From Octopus sinensis (Eukaryota): DNA of 64,000 nt. A program made the translations under genes and the position numbers. Shown here piece by piece: positions 11,596-23,434 of the stretch; within the stretch, counting starts at the first letter, position 1; each line of letters starts with the position of its first letter. The DNA is taken from positions 29,016,001 to 29,080,000 of the forward strand of contig NC_043007.1 in assembly GCF_006345805.1 (NCBI RefSeq), written 5' to 3'. The notes below the pieces were generated by a model, which worked only from the letters and a program-made list of their open reading frames with translations, searched no databases and was not told the DNA's origin.

Positions 11596-13354
11596 CAGTG
11601 CTGCCAAATTAAAATCACAATTTTATGCTAAATTTCAGTTGAAAAAATACCAAAAAAATGCTAAAGAATAATTATATCAAAAAGCTTAATTTCTATTTAC
11701 ATTTTAATTTAGTTTCTTTAATTATATTCAGCATTGAAAAATAATTTCTTGAATTCCACTGATTTAGTCACTTCCAGCTGCAGTGCCTAGCTCTTGACTT
11801 CTGTATACATCCCAGGTCCCAATCTTGTTAGTTATGTGTTCTAGAATATCGAAGTTTTTGCAACATTTGCCATATCTTTTCAGGCCATATTCTATAGACA
11901 GTATTGATCTAAGCATAGGAAGATGCATTTTGTTTTTCAATTTTGATTTGATTACTCCCATACTACTGAACAGCCATTTAACTTCTGCCTTTGAGTTTGG
12001 CAATGTCAACAGATTAATGGCAAAATTTGCAACATCTCTAAAAGGATTTCCTCCAGTAGCATCTTTATATTCCAAGACTTCTAGCCAGAATGCCTCAGTA
12101 TCAGATGTATTTGTCCATTTAACTAAATGAATGCTATTAAACTGAATTGCAATTGAAGCAATTTTTTCTTCATTTAAATGCATTGCTTCTAAGACAGGTA
12201 AAATTGGCTCTTTGAAATGCTGCAAAATATTCTCTACTGAAAAACATTTGATATTCCTCAGTATATTAATATTTCCTGACAAACAGTGCTTGAGCTCTTT
12301 ATAAAGGCAGAGTAAAATTGTGCTCTTTTGTGAATATTATTTTCTTCAGTGGCTGTTACAATCTTCTTGATAATCATTTCTGTAGCACCGTCAGTTCCTT
12401 TACCCAGTAAATTTTTATATATAATTTCTTTTTTACTAATACAGTTTTTAAGGCTTCTACAATGCCATCCGCATCACATGTTCAGATATGTATGTACCAC
12501 TTTTTTGTGAGAGTCTCTGTAATATATGATAACAATTTCTAACAACTTGTTTATTGATATCTCATTTGGATTCATCTAATAACAGGCTAAATTTTCTATC
12601 TCCTTTATCAAAAGTCAAATCTCCATCAAAATATGGAACTACAACATTTCCCACAATATTTGCACATTTTGTACGATGCATAATTCTTACCTAACTCTAT
12701 TAAGTGATCACAGTTTATTAAATAATGAGTGGCAACAAAGAAACATTGCTAAATTTGCTTCAAGCATAGATGTCTTATCATTTTTTATTTTAATACAATA
12801 TCTGCAATGTGCTTTAGATTGGTCACTTGGTACTTCATACAACTACTTAGTAAACACTGGCAACTTAAGCCATTCCTTTTGGAATTTTTACTGATACAAC
12901 TTTGTTTTTTCTTTGCTCATTATATTGTAGTGGGAAGCAAGAAATAAATTGAATGATTAATAAAAATATAAAATTGAAAATACAACTTATCAGTTTGCAG
13001 CTAACAATTCTGTATTCAAGCGGGGTGGGGTAGGAAAGTTAATAACTTGATAAATTTCCTTTGGATAACTTTCATTTGAAGTTTCAGGAAAGTGAAAGAA
13101 AAATTCAACAATAGCCAATAGAACTAAATATTTGGCTGTAAGATTCTTTAATGAAAGTAGAAAAGGAGGAAAAAGAAGAGAAAGGGTAACTATGGTGGAA
13201 ACGTCATGATCAGAGAAGAATGCTAAAAAAAAATGCTAGATAAAATTTTAAACCTGCTATTTCCCTTGCTAAATGCTAGACTCAAAAATTTTCTGCTAAA
13301 TGCTGGAAAAAAAATGCTAGATCTAGCATAAAATATGCTAAATTGGCAACCCTA
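11596..13354 (-). mobile_element. hAT DNA transposon remnant with degenerate transposase
   Basis: ORF 11764-12282 has the hAT C-terminal dimerisation pattern (FWLEVLEYKDATGGNPF...LLTLPNS...LFSSMGVIKSKLKNKM). Further upstream on the minus strand are GKGTDGA and LDES remnants. Ends are cagtgctgccaa (11596) and the reverse complement tagggttgccaa (13354), with subterminal aaatgcta repeats; atttata flanks both sides. Confidence 0.85.
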
Positions 13355-13369
13355 ATTTATATATATATA

Positions 13370-13520
13370 TCATCACCTTTGCCGTTTAACATCCGCTTTC
13401 CATGCTGGCATGGGTTGGATGGTTTGACTGAGGACTGGCAAGCCAGAAGGCTGCACCAGGCTCCAATCTGATCTGGTGAAGTTTCTACAACTGGATGCCC
13501 TTCCTAATGCCAACCACCTC
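13370..13520 (-). mobile_element. RTE-associated 3'-end repeat (family C) with (GAT)n-type tail
   Basis: ccgtttaacatccgctttccatgctggcatgggttggatgg...ggatgcccttcctaatgccaacc. Joined to RTE C-terminal coding remnants at 37260-37735 and 44875-45450. More copies at about 2870, 14870, 19300, 24870, 41380, 42485, 43455, 47630 and 54215. Confidence 0.85.
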
Positions 13521-13568
13521 AATATATATATATATATATATCACATATATATGTTTCTGTATATATAT

Positions 13569-14125
13569 CAGGTTGAGTAAAAAGTAAGCAATGTTTTGAA
13601 CCATGAAGAATTTCTACCAGGTTTTTGCAGAATTTTGAATTTTTAAAAACATTTTTTTGCAATTATCTGATAATACAGACATAGACTTGCCCAAATGCAT
13701 CAATAAATTAACATTGATATTTTTTACACCGTTGTTACAATCATCTGAAATGGAAATGTCAAAGTGCGATATTCAAGCAATTTTGATATTCAACTTCAAA
13801 AAAGGACGTAAAGCAGCTGAAACTGTTCATGAAATCAACAAAACGTTTGATGAGGAAATGCCCAGTGAGTGGTCAGCTTGAAAATGGTTAAACAATTTTG
13901 CAGTGGTGATCTGAGCCTTGAAGATTGTGAACATAGTGGACGCCCATCTGTCATTGATGACAGTCAATCAAAGACCATGATTGAGAAAGATCCACATAAA
14001 ACCACACAGGAACTGACAAAAGATCTTAAATTAGCCAGAAAACTGCCTGCAACTATTTGCATGCGATTGGAAAATCAAAGTAGCTCGACAAATGGATACC
14101 ACACAAATTGAATGAAAATCAGACT
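13569..14125 (+). mobile_element. Mariner transposon 5' fragment (HTH region)
   Basis: TA then caggttgagtaaaaagtaa. Frameshifted reading MSKCDIQAILIFNFKKGRKAAETVHEIN...SGDLSLEDCEHSGRPS...KWIPHKL (WVPHEL motif). Confidence 0.9.
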
Positions 14126-14697
14126 ATACTATTTTCTTCCCATCCTCTCTAATTCACTTTTTCTCCCTTTTACCATTTTCTATCTGTCTCTCTCTCTCTC
14201 TCCCCTCTTCCTCTTTTTCTCTCTCTCGTTGTTCACATGTGACCATTGTCCATCTTTCTTTTCCTCATGTGACCATCTTTCTATCCTGCATGAACCTTCT
14301 AAGGACTGGATGTCTTCTATCTCTCTCTTCTATCTTTTCTCTTTTCAAAGAAAATATTTCTCTTAGCGTTCACTATTTTCCCCTCGCTCAGGTCTAACGA
14401 CCCTCCATGCTGGTTTTCATTTGGTTTCCCTGTATGTCTCCACTGTCCTGTTTCTGTTCCTAACTTTGACCCTCCATAAATCCAAACTTTTATTCTGGTA
14501 TTTATGAAAGCACCTGTCTTCGAAGACTCATATTTTCATTAATTGCTCAAAATGAGGAGTACATGGACAGCCAACAACTGATGAAGAGTCTTTCTTTGTA
14601 TCACTTGTCTTGTTTTCCATTTTTTCCTCTCATTATTTGCATATTTAACTCATTGTTTTCGTATTTCATGTTGTTTACTGTTGGTGACGTCCTATAC

Positions 14698-14753
<56 letters not shown>

Positions 14754-14801
14754 AATATTATTGATATTATCATTTAATTGAACCCCATGCATCCATTTCC
14801 A

Positions 14802-14851
<50 letters not shown>

Positions 14852-15534
14852 ATATAAAGAATATATTACTTTATGTATATGGGTTGGACAGTTTGACAGG
14901 AACCAATGTATTCAAGGATTCCACCAAGTTCCAATGTGTGCTTTGACATGGTTTTTACAGCTGGATGCCCTTCTTAATGCTTTTCATGCCACCTGCACTA
15001 TTGTAGTTAGCATGCAGTTTGCAGGACTACAAGACCTGGGTTAGGGGTGGGGTCAGCATCATTCTTGAAGATGATGGGGTTACTATGAGGGAGGGGTGCA
15101 GTGCTGCAGGCCCTGCAGAGGGCTCTGCATAACTACTAACATCTAGTGTGGGAAAGAAAAAACAAAAACAAATGGGGATGATCACTAGGGGATGCAAGGC
15201 ATCAGATGATGTTTAGAGGCCCTGATGGCCCCACGAAACAAAAGCTGAATAGAAGTGGGTGGGTGAGTGATTTGTAAGATAGTATGGGGAAGTGAATGAG
15301 TAGTGGTGGGAGGCAAAAATGGGTAGGTCTGAAGGGAGGATAAACCAAGAACTTAGGGTAACAGAGGGATGCAGAAGAGGTGGTCAGCAAGCAAAAGATG
15401 TAGTAAATAACAATACAGTTGTTGAGGGGGGGGGGGGGGCTAGTGCATGAGGGGAGTGGGAGTGACTTTAAGGGCTGGGAAACCCAAAATATGGCTCTAT
15501 CTTGACTCAGTTTTGCTGAGGAGGGCAAATCTTT

Positions 15535-16140
15535 TTGAGAACCTCATATTACCAGGGATCCAGATCCTTTGTCATCTAATCCATCAGGCTCATCCCATGC
15601 CTTCCTGGCCCTCTCCTTCCAGCCACATTAAGTGAGTGGCACTTCTTTATGCAGCTGTCCTCATTCATACGCATCACATGGCCATCCCATTTCATTCTTC
15701 TTTCTTTATCACAACATCTGACTTCTCTTACACCCAGTTTTTCAATTAGCACCTTTCTACAAACTTTCACACACACACACACATATTACACATCCAATGT
15801 TCAATTCATTTCTATCTCAAGTCCTCTGCATTCGAGGCCCATGTCTCACAACCATGCAGCATTACAGTTCTAACCCAAGCATCATACAATCTGCCCTTCA
15901 CTTTTAGGGAAGATCTTTGCTATCTCAGCAGGGGTAGTAGGTCTCTGAACTCTTTCCAACCAGTCCTTACTCTAGCAGCTATACTTTCAGAGCAGACACC
16001 TCCCTAGGTAACAAAAGCAATCAACTACTTCTAACGAGCCATTTGGGCAATTAAGAAACTCAGTCTCAAGTATACTTACACATACTGCCCAACATATGAA
16101 GCTTGCATTCTCAGTCTGCCAGTGGTACGCATATACTATG
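15535..16140 (-). mobile_element. RTE LINE C-terminal fragment
   Basis: GSLEVVDCFCYLG remnant and ORF 15576-15782 LGVREVRCCDKERRMKWDGHVMRMNEDSCIKKC. Confidence 0.85.
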
Positions 16141-16189
16141 ATGGCTACTAATATATCTGTGTGTGTGTGTGTATATATTTAATCACCTT

Positions 16190-16632
16190 CCTTTGAAATT
16201 GTGAATCAAAATCGATCAACATCAATGGAAATTGCAGCTGTGATACCAGTGCTGGTGGCACGTAAGAGAACCATCCGAACGTGGCCGTTGCCAGCGCCAC
16301 CCCGACTGGCCTTGTGCCCGTGGCACGTAAAAAGCACCATCCGTTCATGGCTGTTGCCAGTCTTGCCTGGTCCCCGTGCTGGTGGTACGTAAAAGCACCA
16401 TCCGATCGTGACCGTTCACCAGCCTCGTCTGGCACCTGTGCCAGTGGCATGTAAAAAGCATCCACTACACTCATGGAGTGGTTGGCGTTAGGAGGGGCAT
16501 CCAGTCGTAAAAACATTGTCAGATCAGACTGGGCCTGGTGCAGCCTTCTGGCTTCCCAGACCCCAGTTGAACCGTCCAACCCATGCTAGCATGGAAAGCG
16601 GATGCTAAATGATGATGATGATGATGATGATG
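16190..16632 (+). mobile_element. Family C RTE-associated 3' repeat with internal ~65-bp tandem array and (GAT)n tail
   Basis: Four units of gtgc(t/c)(g/c/a)gtgg(c/t)a(c/t)gtaaaaagca..., then agtggttggcgttagg...catggaaagcggatgctaaatgatgatgat. Confidence 0.9.
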
Positions 16633-16704
16633 AATACCATACTAAATTCTGGTGCCTCAACTTAAGTACCTAATTCATCTGAATCTAAATTTTTGCTGAA
16701 CTCC

Positions 16705-16737
<33 letters not shown>

Positions 16738-17828
16738 ATATATATATACACATACACACACACACACACACACATGATAGTACAGTTATATTTGTAACAA
16801 GTGTAGCTAAAGAGAGTGGACAGTCATAATTCATTTGAACGATACACAGTAATATACTGATGATGATGATGATCATCATCATCATCATAATGACTATGCC
16901 AGAGATGACGTTGATGGTTCTGTTTCCAATTGTAGGAAATATTTCAATAAACAATATTCTCCCCACCCCCTGCATTCCCCATTCCCTTCCTCCCTTATAT
17001 AAACAGTCGTCACTCCCAATACAGCAACAACAACAACAACTCAAAAAAAGCTACAACTAAACATTTTCTTCTTTGGTTTTTAATTTTTATATTCTTTTAT
17101 TTTTTGTCATTTTCTCAAATGAAATTTGGCAGTGATGGAGTGAGGTGTATAGGTGGGGGTGGGTTATATTATGAGAATTAATGAATTAGCATTGGTAATC
17201 TTGCCATATTTGTTATAACAATGGTGTGTTGGGTTAACAGTAGACGCTTGAGATGAAACAACAACGACTCCAATAACAGCTGAATCTGACTGTATTAAAG
17301 TTCCAGATGAGGAATCAGTCACGTACAGTGGGTTACACCATGTTCCACACAAGAAAGTTTATATCTTTCTTTGTAAACAATGGCAAAACATTGATGTTTA
17401 CATCACTTGGAGATTTGTTTTTCTTCTCAAAGAGAAATGGCAAACTGATTCCGTCATTAATTGAGCAAAAAATATTTACATGACAGAAATACCCTTGATA
17501 ATAGCAGTGCTAATCGTCTTTGAGTAGAATTCTAACATTTCTTTGCCCGCCCCCATCCTCTGAGTAGAAACGGGTCAAGTCTTGGAAGTTTGTGGGAGTA
17601 GGGAAACAGCAAACATAACTGGTAGGGAGCAAAATATCATTGAAAGGAATCAGATATGGGGAGTGGGGCTAATTAAGGAGCCTAAATACTATGTTTGTAG
17701 ATTATTCATATATGTATGTGTGCGTGTGTTTATAAAGACAGATAGATAGAGAGATAGATAGAGAGATAGATAGATAGATAGATAGATAGATGCATATGTG
17801 TGTGTTCATTATTATTATATATATATAT

Positions 17829-18023
17829 TTTACTTGTTTCAGTCATTTGACTGCGGCCATGCTGGAGCACCGCCTTTAGTCAAGCAAATCGACCCCGGGA
17901 CTTATTCTTTGTAAGCCAAGTACTTATTCTATCGGTTTCTTTTGCTAAGTGACGGGGACGTAAACACACCAGCATCGGTTGTCAAGCAATGCTAGGGGGA
18001 CAAACACAGACACACAAACACAC

Positions 18024-18073
<50 letters not shown>

Positions 18074-18238
18074 GACAGGCTTCTTTCAGTTTCCGTCTAC
18101 CAAATCCACTCACAAGGCTTTGGTTGGCCCGGGGCTATAGCAGAAGACACTTACCCAAGATGCCACGCAGTGGGACTGAACCCGGAACCATGTGGTTGGT
18201 TAGCAAGCTACTTACCACACAGCCACTCCTGCGCCTAT
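17829..18238 (-). mobile_element. Full-length CORE-like tRNA-derived SINE (family B) with internal (TA)n/(TG)n
   Basis: Minus strand: ggcgcaggagtggctgtgtggtaag (A box), ccgggttcagtccc (B box), ggcatcttgggtaagtgtctt (CORE-like), a microsatellite, then a 3' module ending gcagtcaaatgactgaaacaagtaa. Confidence 0.9.
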
Positions 18239-18604
18239 GAATAACTATATATATGAATAACTAAATGGAGTTTAACGCAGGTATAAATCAAATATTTTTA
18301 CTTTTGACACATGTTTCAAAAATTCCACTGATAGTATTCAAAAGAATAAATGGTATATACAATGCAATCTTCTCTTCAGGAAAGTGAAAAAACGAAACTC
18401 TTCAATAAGACGTTTTAGCAAAAAATGATGGATTCGTATAGTGAGTAACTGAACACTATTAATATTGTTTTAAAAAACGTTATATGATATATTGTCAGAA
18501 GTAGCTTACAGAAAGATTAGGGATATTAATAGTGAATGTTAAATATAAAGGAAATTAATGTTTAAATTATATATAATGATAGAGATTACTTATATGCACT
18601 AAAG

Positions 18605-18651
18605 GTGTGTTTTTGCCAATGTTTACATCTGTATACTTGCTCTATACCCTG
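18605..18651 (+). CDS. Candidate coding exon (47 nt, phase 1-0; VFLPMFTSVYLLYTL, hydrophobic)
   Basis: Acceptor ttatatgcactaaag, donor CTG|gtaact. Preceded by a candidate ending at 18440 with donor gtgagt. Confidence 0.25.
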
Positions 18652-18916
18652 GTAACTATTTATTTATTTTTTCCGTGTTAATTGTTAACAAGGTAAAAAT
18701 ACACTCATCTATTTATATATATATATACATACACACACACATCTTGCTTTGACCTCTCAACTCCTTGCTTGAATTGATCACTCTTGGACCTCACTCATGT
18801 TGGTGCCACAAAAAAGCAACTCGTACACTCTGTAAAGTGGTTATCATTAGAAGGTGAAACCTTGTCAAAGCTGTGGCACTGGGGCAAAACATGGCCTTTG
18901 ACTCATTTAATCCTAC

Positions 18917-19179
18917 CAACCATGTCAGCATGAATGTCCTTGGGGGCTAAACCCTTTTTCTGCAGGTACTTGATAACATCATGATGCCAAATTTTGCTCA
19001 TTTTCAAGACAAGTCAATACTAGTTAGTTTTGAAGTGTTCTTTGAACAGTCAAATGCCAGTTTACCTGGGAAGAAACAATGCAGTTATTAATAAGAAGAG
19101 TTGAAATTAATGCATGCAAAATTTGACAGCACTAGCATTACTCCATAGTCAGCCTATGAACTTTTCAGCTGACCTTCAC
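18917..19179 (-). mobile_element. Mariner transposon 5' fragment
   Basis: Minus strand has TIR-like gaaggtcagctgaaaagttc and MSKIWHHDVIKYLQKKGLAPKDIHADMV, a typical mariner N-terminal HTH. Confidence 0.8.
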
Positions 19180-20005
19180 ACAGCCCCCACCCCCATTTCC
19201 TATTCTCCCCCTGTGGTTTGGAAGTGTCTTTCCTGTTGTCAGTTACAAGGCAAGTTCACCATTGCTGGTGTTACGGCAAAAAAAAAAAAGAAAAAAAAGC
19301 ACCCCCAACACTCTGTAAAGTAATTGGTGTGAGGAAGGAAGACCAGTTGCAAAAATCATGCCAAAAGTGAGACATTGAGGCAATACGTCTTCTGATAATC
19401 CATTGGATCCTGTTGAATGATCCCCTTCCCCTGCAAAAATTGCAAGTGGACATAAAATGATGATGATGATGATGAATAATTTCTAATTTAGGCACAAGGC
19501 CAGCAATTATGAGGGAAGTGACACTGGTTGGTTAGACTGATCCCAGTGCTTGTTATTTTATTGATCTTGGAGGGATGAAAGGCAAATCTGACTGTAGCAG
19601 TATTTGAACTCAGAACATACAGAATCATAACAATAATAGTTCTTAAGTTTATAATTAAACTTGTCTTTTTTTTTTAACTATTTCTGTAAAAAATCTACAT
19701 TCAAAAGTGAGGCCAGTTTGTGGAAGCAAGCAAGAAAGAATTGAGATTAGCTGACTAGCTGTTTGTAAATACAACTGATGCAACCTAAAATAAGAAATAG
19801 GATAAAGAGGAGGAAATTTGGCAGAATGTGAAAATATCAGCAAAAATGTCAGGAAGCAGAATTAATTCTTTGTTGATTTTTTGATGTTTGCAAAAATTTT
19901 CAACCAAGATCTAAGCAGAAATGGAGAAAAAACTAACTAAAATAATAATAAATAAATTATGAATGAAAACAAGGAATTTTGAAAAAAAGTAGCTGTTCCA
20001 CTGAC

Positions 20006-20156
20006 CTCCCCCACCCCCTGTCAGCAGTAGTTCTCTGGTGTAGAACCACCAGGAAGGAATTCCCATTTTCTCCTCCAAGCAAAACCATATTCACTATCAC
20101 TGTGGTGCCAGCTCCTTTCACATTTCCTGTGTAGACACTGACCCTCAAACAGCTTT
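20006..20156 (-). CDS. Candidate exon or pseudo-exon encoding a PLAT/LH2-domain N-terminal segment
   Basis: SCLRVSVYTGNVKGAGTTVIVNMVLLGGENGNSFLVVL fits the PLAT pattern YxVxVxTGxxxGAGTxxxVxxxLxGxxG. Acceptor cttgttccatttgtcag, possible donor GAG|gtcagt. Confidence 0.5.
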
Positions 20157-20284
20157 CTGACAAATGGAACAAGTGGAGGTGGTGGTGATGACGAATTCTT
20201 TTAACTAGATATAAGGTCAGAGAGTTCAGAAATGAGACATACCTTTGTGTATGTGCATGTGTGTGTGAATATGTATATGCAATG

Positions 20285-20335
<51 letters not shown>

Positions 20336-20569
20336 ATTGCTGGTATTTCCCTAATGGTAGCAGAATCCTTTTGTCTTTCCTACTTAACTAAAACTTAAAT
20401 CAAAGCGGAACTTCTTGATTCCACCTTGTCGACTGTCCCTCCTCCTCCGTATATGGCCTGCATGGCCCTCACAGGTCAAAGGATGATAAACACTAAGTAT
20501 AGGAGCTTATTTCTACCTAAATACTTCTTCATTTATTTCATTTGTAAGAGGACATTAGGACTACATGTT

Positions 20570-21160
20570 TCAAGAACAAAACTAAATAATATTTCTGATC
20601 TGCTCACAGTACATACATCTCCAGGGCTTCTTCCATCCAGTGCATTCTCAGTTAGTCAACAAATGAGACCACTTCACCTCTTGAGTCACCATAGCTTATA
20701 TTGAGTACAACATATAGAATTTAGAACTTACCCCTTTTCTGTATATTTCAATATACAAGGCCTTGAAGATACCAGGGTCCTGTCGTCTTTCATACTTACT
20801 ATTTTGTGTCCTCTTCATGCTAGGTCTAACTTCTATGCATGGAATCTTCTCTCTAATTTCACTATAGATTTAGCTATGAGAACTAGGAATATAGGATTTC
20901 TTATGGGCAGTCAGTCTTAAACATTTCTGTGATGGTCTGTAGGACAATAGTGAATAGGAGGGGACTGAGGACTGAACTTTGATGAACTCCTACCTTCAAT
21001 CCTAAGCTCATTGTTAACTCTCTCTTTACTTACTACATCTTTGTATATAGCTTGTACAATCCAAACAAGCCATCTTCACCAAGTTCCTTCAATGACTGCC
21101 AAATTACGAAACATGCTACCCTGTCAAATACCTTCTCCAAGTCAGTGAATGCCCGAAATA
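20570..21160 (-). mobile_element. RTE LINE reverse-transcriptase fragment
   Basis: AFTDLEKVFDRV...IWQSLKELG and KVGVHQSSVLSPLLFT. Confidence 0.85.
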
Positions 21161-22660
21161 GTGAAATGCCAAAAGAGAAAGAGTAGGAGGAATCAAAATA
21201 AAATAGAAAATATGATGTTAATATCCACTTCAACCCAATGTCTAAATACAATGCCCACCACTGTCTATGAATTTATAATTTATATATCTTAGTAATTCAT
21301 AATCCAAGCTTCTAAAAAATATTGGAAAATTATTTTTTAATTTGCGATTTTGATCAATCGCTGCATCACAGAATGAACCGGCATGAGATTCTATTGTTGT
21401 TTTCTTCCTCATTGAAAATGGATGCTACTCTTAAGTGTTAGTTATGTGGTTAATGGAAAGAAAAGTTTCTAGCTTTCAGTAGAAAGGAAAATATTACTCA
21501 TTCAAATGTGTGTGTGTGTGTGTGTGTGACTTTGTGTAAGAGCAAAATACTTTACAAACTAGTGGATTTTTCCCCTTTCCCCACTGTTACTAAGTTGTAC
21601 AATTTAGCAATAGAACAGCTGTCCATTTTCTTTTCTTTCATTTATGAAGAGGATTATCCTTTCATAACTGCTAGTTTTTAGTCTATCAGTTTACCCCACA
21701 GATCTTCCAGGATTGCACATTTTTCTCTCAGTATGCAGTATTCATTCACAGACTCAGATAAGTCTTACTTGATGACGTTACCTACATAAAGGATACTAAT
21801 GTACTTTTATTAACAAACACCCAACAGTTCTTCTTACTCGTCATTACTAACAATTCTCATACATTGCACCCACGGCTGGATTTACACAAAACTTTGGTTT
21901 CTAAGTGTATGGATATATATATATACACATACGTACATACATACATACATACACATACAAGTATGTATGTATGTATGTATGTTTGAATTACAATGATTGT
22001 GAAGTTTGTTGATCTGTCACAACTTCCAGTTCAGTTCACACCTTCTGTCCGTCCGTCTGTCTGTCTCTCTGTCTCTGTCTCTCTCCCTCTCTCATCAAGC
22101 TCTTTTCCTTTCTCCATACTGTCACTAAAAACGCCTTACTTAAGCTACCATTGTTGAAACAGAAATTTCTTATTGTAGAACTGTTGAAATATAAACAAAA
22201 ATTAATGCCCATTCTTAAACGCCTCTTCAGATAACTTGTTTAAAACTAATTTTTGCAATAAGTTGCTTTTCTTTTGTTAAGAAATGTCATTTATTATCTG
22301 TCTACTTATGCATCTAACTAGCTAGTCAGTCTGTTTGTCTATGTCTGTCTGTCACACATATTCTAGGCATTCTATTAGTATATCCTCAGTTATAACACAT
22401 AACCAATGAGTCAGACAATAACCATTGAGTTTGCATCTACAATTGCATTTAGCAATACAGACAACTCACCAGAAAACTTTCTGAGAGAGTTTTTGTCTTT
22501 CAGCTTTTTTTTCTTTCCTCCCTCCAACTGACCAAGACTGTATATTTACCTCCATCAGTAAAAGAGCTATTTGCTTCCAGCCAGCAGGTCAGCTAACCTG
22601 TCTATATTGCCAAGTGCAATAGTAGATATGAAACTAATATTAACTCTCTGACCAGTTATA

Positions 22661-23434
22661 CAGGGTGGGGCAGAGAGGACGGACGTTTTTGAAATGGCTA
22701 TTACTCAGCCCCAAGGAGAGGGACATAGGTCCAACAGGTACCATTCGGGTCCATGGTGTCTTAGCATTTTTTGTTCCCACCCATAACACAATCTTACGAT
22801 GGGTGAATGCACTTCATACATGAGGTACACTAATGAATAGGAGACCGGTGTGGGTGTCACGAATGGTACAGACCCTGGAAAATGTGGAATGCATCAGACA
22901 AGCTTTGATATGGAGTCTGAATCGCTCCGCTTGGAGGCATTCCACTGAACTTGGCACTGGTAATCGATCAGTAAGGGGTATTTTGCAGGATGGAGAGATG
23001 GCACACAGTCGGAGCATCAATGGGCGTTCTTGGCCCTCTCTTCAGTGACCACCTCATTTCCAGGTTTGCTGACATTCCTTGACCCCCTAGGTCCCCTGAT
23101 TTGTCCATGTGTGATTATTTCTTGTGAGGAAACCTCAAGACACGTGTGTATATACATAAGCCTCATACACTGGATGATTTGAAGGAAATTATTCACGTGG
23201 AAGTCATCCTAATCAATAGAGCAATGCTGGAGAGAGGGGAGGGCAACTTCCAAGAATGCCTTCAGAAATGCATCAATAAAAATGGATACCAAGTGATGGA
23301 TGATATTTTCCGCACTTGATTTTAACAAATGCTAATTCTATTTGAACACATTGATGTCAATAAAATTCGTTTGCAACTAAAATTAATAATTTTAGGAATT
23401 TTCCAAAAATGCCTGTCCTCCCTGCCCCACCCTG
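22661..23434 (+). mobile_element. Internally deleted Tc1/mariner-superfamily element with intact ~35-bp TIRs and TA target duplication
   Basis: TA|cagggtggggcagagaggacggacgtttttgaaa ... ttccaaaaatgcctgtcctccctgccccaccctg|TA. Internal ENVECIRQALIWSLNRSAWRHSTELG (HTH) is joined to PPRSPDLSMCDYFL*GNLKTRV. Confidence 0.9.

Noticed and set aside
16240-16455. Repeat-spacer-like array superficially resembling CRISPR
   Set aside because: The units are degenerate, the 'spacers' are mutually similar, the array is part of a retroposon 3' UTR, and there are no cas genes in this eukaryotic context.
17164-17352. Minus-strand ORF and the opposite-strand DETTTTPITAESDC reading
   Set aside because: No credible acceptor and donor pair and no recognisable motif.
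18165-18238. tRNA-like sequence with A and B boxes (also 59930-59998 and 60650-60716)
   Set aside because: These are SINE heads followed by SINE bodies; no complete cloverleaf.
18965-19021. Plus-strand exon candidate VLDNIMMPNFAHFQDKSIL with a strong acceptor
   Set aside because: It lies antisense within the mariner remnant 18917-19179, so the signals are probably incidental. This also shows that my other exon candidates may include false positives.
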